Assembly: GCA_965215015.1 (NCBI GenBank)
Contig: OZ244042.1
Coordinates: forward strand, 4,704,001 to 4,768,000
Direction of reading: 5' to 3'
Source: Candidatus Poribacteria bacterium
GTDB taxonomy: Bacteria; Poribacteria; WGA-4E; PCPOR2b
DNA length: 64,000 nt
Positions within the stretch are counted from its first letter, which is position 1. The number at the start of each line of letters is the position of its first letter. The notes under the pieces are model-generated. The model was given only the letters and a program-made list of their open reading frames with translations, was not told the DNA's origin and searched no databases. Of the stretch, positions 59,072 through 64,000 are shown piece by piece. A program made the position numbers and the translations under genes.

Positions 59072-60520
59072 ATGTCGACAAAAAAATTAACCCCAGAACA
59101 GGGTGAGGCTTTACGCCACATCCCCGCTATTGAGCAGTTGCTCTCCCATGAACTGTTTCTCCGTATGCAGGAACAGTATTCGCGCGATCTCATTACGGAA
59201 GCCTTACGCACAGTTACCGCAGAGGTTCGCAAACAAATCCTTAACAACAAGGAATTTGTGGAACCACCAGATGAAGTAGCGTATGCAGCACTTGTCCGTA
59301 CGGAGATTGAATCTCTTACTGCCCCCGCGTTGCGTCCGATTGTCAACGCCACCGGCACAATCACACATACCAACCTCGGCAGATCGCTGCTCAGCACTTC
59401 GGCATCTGAAAACCTCGCTCAAGCCGCCGCCAACTATGTGAATCTGGAATATGATCTTGATACAGGCGGGCGTGGACACCGAGACCAAATCACGGAGCCC
59501 CTGTTACAGTACCTAACAGGGTGTGAAGCCTCAACAATAGTGAACAACAACGCAGCAGCTGTACTACTTACATTAAATACGCTAGCGCGTGGCAAAGAGG
59601 TCATTGTGTCCCGCGGCGAACTCATCGAGATTGGTGGAGCATTCCGCATCCCCGATGTGATGGAAGCGAGCGGAGCCATCTTGCGTGAGGTAGGCACAAC
59701 AAATCGAACACACCTTCGAGACTACGAAAACGCGATTAATGAAAATACAGCGTTGCTGCTCAAAGTACATCCGAGCAACTACAAAGTTGTCGGATTCGCT
59801 TCAACTCCCTCAATGGAAGAACTTACGGAACTGGGACATCAGCACGATATCCCAACAATGGAAGACCTTGGGAGCGGTTCCCTGATTGATCTGACCTCTT
59901 ACAATCTGCCCTATGAGCCAGTCGTCCGGGAGCGGATAAGTGCTGATGTCGATGTTGTCACGTTCAGCGGCGATAAGCTGCTCGGAGGCCCGCAGGCGGG
60001 GATTATTGTAGGTAGACAAGATACAATCGAGAAAATTCGCAAGAATCCATTGATGCGGGCGTTGCGCGTAGGAAAACTCACCATCGCTGCGATCGAAGCC
60101 ACCTTGAGAATCTACCTTAATGAAAAGGAACTGACCGAGAAACTACCGATGTTTCAACGTTATATGCGACCAGTTACTGAACTCCGTGAGATCGCTGAAA
60201 AACTCGCCAATCACCTTCGGCAAATCTTCGGGGACGCAATCCAAGTAACGGTTGCAGAGAGCACCGCGCAGATTGGCAGCGGCTCACTACCCGTTGACAC
60301 CCTGCCTAGTCTTGCCATCAGCCTACACACACCCCAGGTCTCCGCCGAAACCCTCGCCGCACACTTCCGAGCGCAGCCGATACCTGTGATTGGTCGTGTG
60401 CAGGATCGACAGATTTGGCTCGATGTGCGGACAGTGTTTGAACAGGAATCGGTGTGGATTGTTGAAGCAGCAAAGTGTGTGATGCAAAAACATCAAGCAG
60501 AACCAGACGATTCGACTTAG
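59072..60520 (+). CDS. selA: L-seryl-tRNA(Sec) selenium transferase
   Basis: NATGTITHTNLGR, NNNAAAV, SRGELIEIGG, DLGSG, SGDKLLGGPQAG. Confidence 0.97.
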   Translation: MSTKKLTPEQGEALRHIPAIEQLLSHELFLRMQEQYSRDLITEALRTVTAEVRKQILNNKEFVEPPDEVAYAALVRTEIESLTAPALRPIVNATGTITHTNLGRSLLSTSASENLAQAAANYVNLEYDLDTGGRGHRDQITEPLLQYLTGCEASTIVNNNAAAVLLTLNTLARGKEVIVSRGELIEIGGAFRIPDVMEASGAILREVGTTNRTHLRDYENAINENTALLLKVHPSNYKVVGFASTPSMEELTELGHQHDIPTMEDLGSGSLIDLTSYNLPYEPVVRERISADVDVVTFSGDKLLGGPQAGIIVGRQDTIEKIRKNPLMRALRVGKLTIAAIEATLRIYLNEKELTEKLPMFQRYMRPVTELREIAEKLANHLRQIFGDAIQVTVAESTAQIGSGSLPVDTLPSLAISLHTPQVSAETLAAHFRAQPIPVIGRVQDRQIWLDVRTVFEQESVWIVEAAKCVMQKHQAEPDDST

Positions 60521-60535
60521 AGGGAACAGGATATT

Positions 60536-62458
60536 ATGCCACATGTCATCATTGGCACCGCTGGACACGTTGACCACGGAAAATCTGCTCTGATACATGC
60601 CCTCACTGGCATCGAAACCGATCGACTCAAAGAGGAGCAGGAGCGTGGTCTGTCAATCGAGTTGGGATTTGCCTACTTCGATCTGCCCGATGGTTCACGT
60701 GCCGGAATCGTTGATGTTCCCGGTCATGAGCGGTTTATCCGAAACATGCTCTCAGGCGCGTATGGGATGGACATGGTGTTGCTTGTCATTGATGCAAAGG
60801 AGGGGGTGCAGGAACAGACACTGGAACACCTAGAGATTCTTGATTTGCTCGGCATTTCGACCGGGATCCTTGTGATGACGAAGGTGGATCTAGTGACACC
60901 GGACCAGTTGGCAGAGGCCGCCGAAATGTCCCAAGAGATGTTGGCTGGAACAACCCTCGAAGGCTCACCCACCGTCCACGTTTCAGCAGTGACAGGTGAA
61001 GGCTTAGAGGAACTTAAGAGTACAATTGTAACCTGTGTCAATACAGAGGCGCAAGCCGATAGGCATAAGGGCATCCCGCGCCTGTATGTAGATCGTGTCT
61101 TTTCGATGACAGGGTTTGGTGCAGTTGTGACAGGCACGCTGATGGGTGGTGTAATCCAGCGCGAACAACGGCTAGTCATGCTACCCCAAGGGCAAGAAGC
61201 ACGTGTCCGCGGCGTCCAAGTTCACAACGAACAGGCTGAAAACGCACAATCCGGACAGCGGACAGCATTGAACCTATCAGGCATCACCAAAGACCAAATT
61301 GAACGCGGGAATGTGCTTTGTCCAAGCGGATTTTCGGAGGTCACAGACAATATCGACGTATCGCTCGATCTCCTGTCGTCTTTCCCAAGAATGCTTGAAC
61401 ACTGGACGCGCTTGCGGTTTTATCTCGGCACGAGTGAGACCTTCTGCCGGGCAATCCTACTGATGGACGAAGCAGTCTTACCGGGGGATTCGACGCAGCT
61501 CCAATTGCGACTTGAGAAACCGATTTTGACCTTCAAAGGAGATCGATTTATCGTGCGCGACTTCTCAGCCCAACATACGGTCGGCGGTGGGCGGGTGGTC
61601 AACCCATTCGCCCCGCGTCACAAGCGATTCACGGAAGAAACCCTAGATATCCTAACAGTGTGGGAAGGTGCCGAGGATGCGGAGGTTGTGAGGCTCGTAT
61701 TGGCGCAAAGCCGTAACCTCTGTGTGCCCGAAGAATTTCTCCGCTACTACCTTCCTTATACTGATTCAGAATTTCGAGCATTCCTAAAAGACCTTGAGGA
61801 GCGTCAAGAGATTGTTCGTTGGACGGGAACCACGCCGCTCGTTTCTGCGATGGGCCGGACGAAACAGGCACAAGCGAATCTGACTGATGCTTTAAGAAGT
61901 TTCCATGAAGATCAACCCCTTGTATCCGGTCAGAACGCCTCGCAACTCCGTCTCCAACTCGGACTGGACGAAATCGGTTTTGAGAAGGTTGTTGATCAGC
62001 TAATTCGCGGAAAAGAGATTATTACAGAGGGGAATCTGCTACGCCTATCATCACATCAAATCCAGTTTTCAGCGGAGGAAGAAAATATAAAGGAAAAGGT
62101 TGAAGCGATCTTCCTTGACGCCGGCATAAACACTCCAGCTATGGGCGAGTTGACCGCCCAACTGTCCGACTATCCGCCGCAGTCGGTTCAGCAGACCTTT
62201 TATGCCCTGATGAACATGGGACGATTCATTAGAATTGGGGATGACCTCTTTATTCATACCCAAATGTTTGACGCAATTGTGAATTTGCTTACCGATTACC
62301 TCCAGAAAAATGATATAATAACTGTCGCCGAATTTCGAGAACTTGCACAAACCAGCAGGAAGTACGCCGTGCCATTCCTCGAATACTGCGATGGACAAGG
62401 ATTGACAATCCGCGCGGGGAATCACCGGCGGCTGCGGCAATCTCAACGCAAGGCGTAG
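60536..62458 (+). CDS. selB: Selenocysteine-specific elongation factor
   Basis: GTAGHVDHGKS, DVPGHERFI, C-terminal winged helix TSRKYAVPFLEY. Confidence 0.97.
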   Translation: MPHVIIGTAGHVDHGKSALIHALTGIETDRLKEEQERGLSIELGFAYFDLPDGSRAGIVDVPGHERFIRNMLSGAYGMDMVLLVIDAKEGVQEQTLEHLEILDLLGISTGILVMTKVDLVTPDQLAEAAEMSQEMLAGTTLEGSPTVHVSAVTGEGLEELKSTIVTCVNTEAQADRHKGIPRLYVDRVFSMTGFGAVVTGTLMGGVIQREQRLVMLPQGQEARVRGVQVHNEQAENAQSGQRTALNLSGITKDQIERGNVLCPSGFSEVTDNIDVSLDLLSSFPRMLEHWTRLRFYLGTSETFCRAILLMDEAVLPGDSTQLQLRLEKPILTFKGDRFIVRDFSAQHTVGGGRVVNPFAPRHKRFTEETLDILTVWEGAEDAEVVRLVLAQSRNLCVPEEFLRYYLPYTDSEFRAFLKDLEERQEIVRWTGTTPLVSAMGRTKQAQANLTDALRSFHEDQPLVSGQNASQLRLQLGLDEIGFEKVVDQLIRGKEIITEGNLLRLSSHQIQFSAEEENIKEKVEAIFLDAGINTPAMGELTAQLSDYPPQSVQQTFYALMNMGRFIRIGDDLFIHTQMFDAIVNLLTDYLQKNDIITVAEFRELAQTSRKYAVPFLEYCDGQGLTIRAGNHRRLRQSQRKA

Positions 62459-62552
62459 CGAGCATCTCCTGTCAATTGGAAAAACCTATAATTTCATGGG
62501 AAAAAAGTCAAAATTCAGATGAATCAAACAAACATTGCGTAAATTTCTATCT

Positions 62553-62646
62553 GGGAGGGGATAGGGTCCGGTGGCTCTACTGGTCTTCAAAACCAGCTTG
62601 CCCATGCAGGTGGGTAGGTGGGTTCGACTCCCACCCTCTCCCGCCA
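62553..62646 (+). tRNA. selC: tRNA-Sec (UCA)
   Basis: 8-bp acceptor stem GGGAGGGG/CCTCTCCC, anticodon loop CTTCAAA, long variable arm, GGTTCGACTCC T-arm, GCCA end; follows selB. Confidence 0.95.
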
Positions 62647-62765
62647 CGCTGTTTCATCTCATTATGTCAATCACCTTGAGACAGGCTACCAAGACGGACA
62701 GACGAAAATATCTCCTCGTATACCCTTGAGGGAATCGAAGGACAGATTGGGAGCGAGTTGATAAG

Positions 62766-63044
62766 ATGACGCCCGAAGACTTATACAAAGCGGCTCAGTC
62801 CGCCCCGGATACTCAATCCCTAATCGAGATGGAATTGAACCGTTTCAGATGGGCTATCTATACCAATGGAGAAATGCTGTGGGAGGATGAGCAGACAATT
62901 GGTGAATTGTTGGCAAATGCTAAAAAATATGCTTTGATTCCTGTGGATAGGGAAGTTTGGGAGTGGTTTGAGAAAGCAGAGGACCGTTATCTGGCAAAAA
63001 TGGATCCGGTGTTACGTACCTATATCGAATCACTAGAAGATTAA
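62766..63044 (+). CDS. Hypothetical protein
   Basis: 92-aa acidic ORF with ATG start between selC and mutL. Confidence 0.6.
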   Translation: MTPEDLYKAAQSAPDTQSLIEMELNRFRWAIYTNGEMLWEDEQTIGELLANAKKYALIPVDREVWEWFEKAEDRYLAKMDPVLRTYIESLED

Positions 63045-63161
63045 TATTGATTGTTGAAGGGCTATCAAACCCACATATATCAAAACCCCAGTGGAGTAAC
63101 AGATGGTAACTTGCGTTAATATACTTTTTACATTTCACGTTTCATATATCGGGAGTTGACC

Positions 63162-64000
63162 ATGCCAATCAGGATCTTATCCCCCGACATATCCAACAAG
63201 ATTGCCGCCGGCGAAGTCGTTGAACGTCCGGCGTCTGTGGTTAAGGAGTTGGTTGAAAATGCAATCGACGCCGATAGCACGAACATCAACGTCGAAATTC
63301 GGGCGGGCGGCAAACGACTCATCTCAGTCTCAGATAACGGTGGGGGCATGAACCGTGAGGACGCGCTCATCGCGATAGAACGCCACGCAACTAGTAAAAT
63401 TAGCACAGTTGAAGACTTAGAAACTATCCAGACATTTGGATTTCGCGGGGAGGCACTTCCGAGTATTGCCTCGGTTTCTCAGTTTGAACTACTGACGCGA
63501 ACAACGGAGGCGGTGGAAGGCACAAAGATTACGGTTGAAGGCGGCGTGGTTCGTCCTGTACAGGCAAGCGGTTGTTCACCGGGGACACATATTACAGCTA
63601 ACAACCTGTTTTATAATGTGCCAGCGCGGCTGAAATTCCTCAAAAGTGATGCGACAGAGCTGAATCACATCACAAATCAGGTGATGTGGGCAGCACTTGC
63701 CAACCCGAACATCCGGTTTTCTCTCTCACACAACAACCGCTCTCTCATTGATGTCCGAGCGTGTGATTCCTATATTGAACGCATACGCCTACTATATGGG
63801 AAAGATTTCGCCGAAAACCTCATTGAGTTCGATAGTGACCTCCCGAACCTTCATCTCCACTGCTTTATCGGCAAACCCGATTTCACGAAGGCAAACCGTA
63901 ACTACCAACTCTTTTTCCTGAATCGGCGCCCCATTCGGAGTAAGGTTCTCGGTGCAGCCCTCAACGAGGCAATGCGATCCATGGTCCCGAAAGATCGATA
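63162..64000 (+). CDS. mutL: DNA mismatch repair protein MutL (partial, runs off window end)
   Basis: Manual translation: MPIRIL...NKIAAGEVVERPASVVKELVENAIDA, DNGGGM, HATSKI, FGFRGEALPSI, LFYNVPARLKFLK. Confidence 0.96.
   Translation, partial: MPIRILSPDISNKIAAGEVVERPASVVKELVENAIDADSTNINVEIRAGGKRLISVSDNGGGMNREDALIAIERHATSKISTVEDLETIQTFGFRGEALPSIASVSQFELLTRTTEAVEGTKITVEGGVVRPVQASGCSPGTHITANNLFYNVPARLKFLKSDATELNHITNQVMWAALANPNIRFSLSHNNRSLIDVRACDSYIERIRLLYGKDFAENLIEFDSDLPNLHLHCFIGKPDFTKANRNYQLFFLNRRPIRSKVLGAALNEAMRSMVPKDR

Noticed and set aside
62647-63161. Genomic island integrated at selC
   Set aside because: Only one short ORF before mutL, with no integrase and no duplicated tRNA 3' end seen

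Overview
A 64-kb bacterial chromosomal window. The gene content (a secreted protein ending NYPNPFNPETWIPF...RKMLILK, three PhyH dioxygenases, CRTAC1/ASPIC proteins, urease) suggests Candidatus Poribacteria; this assignment is an inference. Core content: a partial GAF sensor kinase, hisH, two DNA methyltransferases around a truncated probable endonuclease, ribE-ribBA-ribH, an arylsulfotransferase, hydantoinase B, catabolic oxidoreductases, murQ, mtaB, rpsT, a porin-urtABCDE-ureDABC operon with a sigma54-type promoter (ureB frameshifted), selA-selB-tRNA-Sec and partial mutL. The intergenic DNA is rich in small mobile-element debris: an ORF-less group II intron 2 nt after a secretion-domain gene's stop codon, an internally deleted tnpB keeping its structured 3' end, a ~950-bp element built from CTGTTAG/CTAACAG hairpins beside a primase-like pseudogene, two MITE families carrying REP hairpins, and 380-bp and 176-bp tandem duplications. 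No CRISPR array or intact transposase/integrase was seen.
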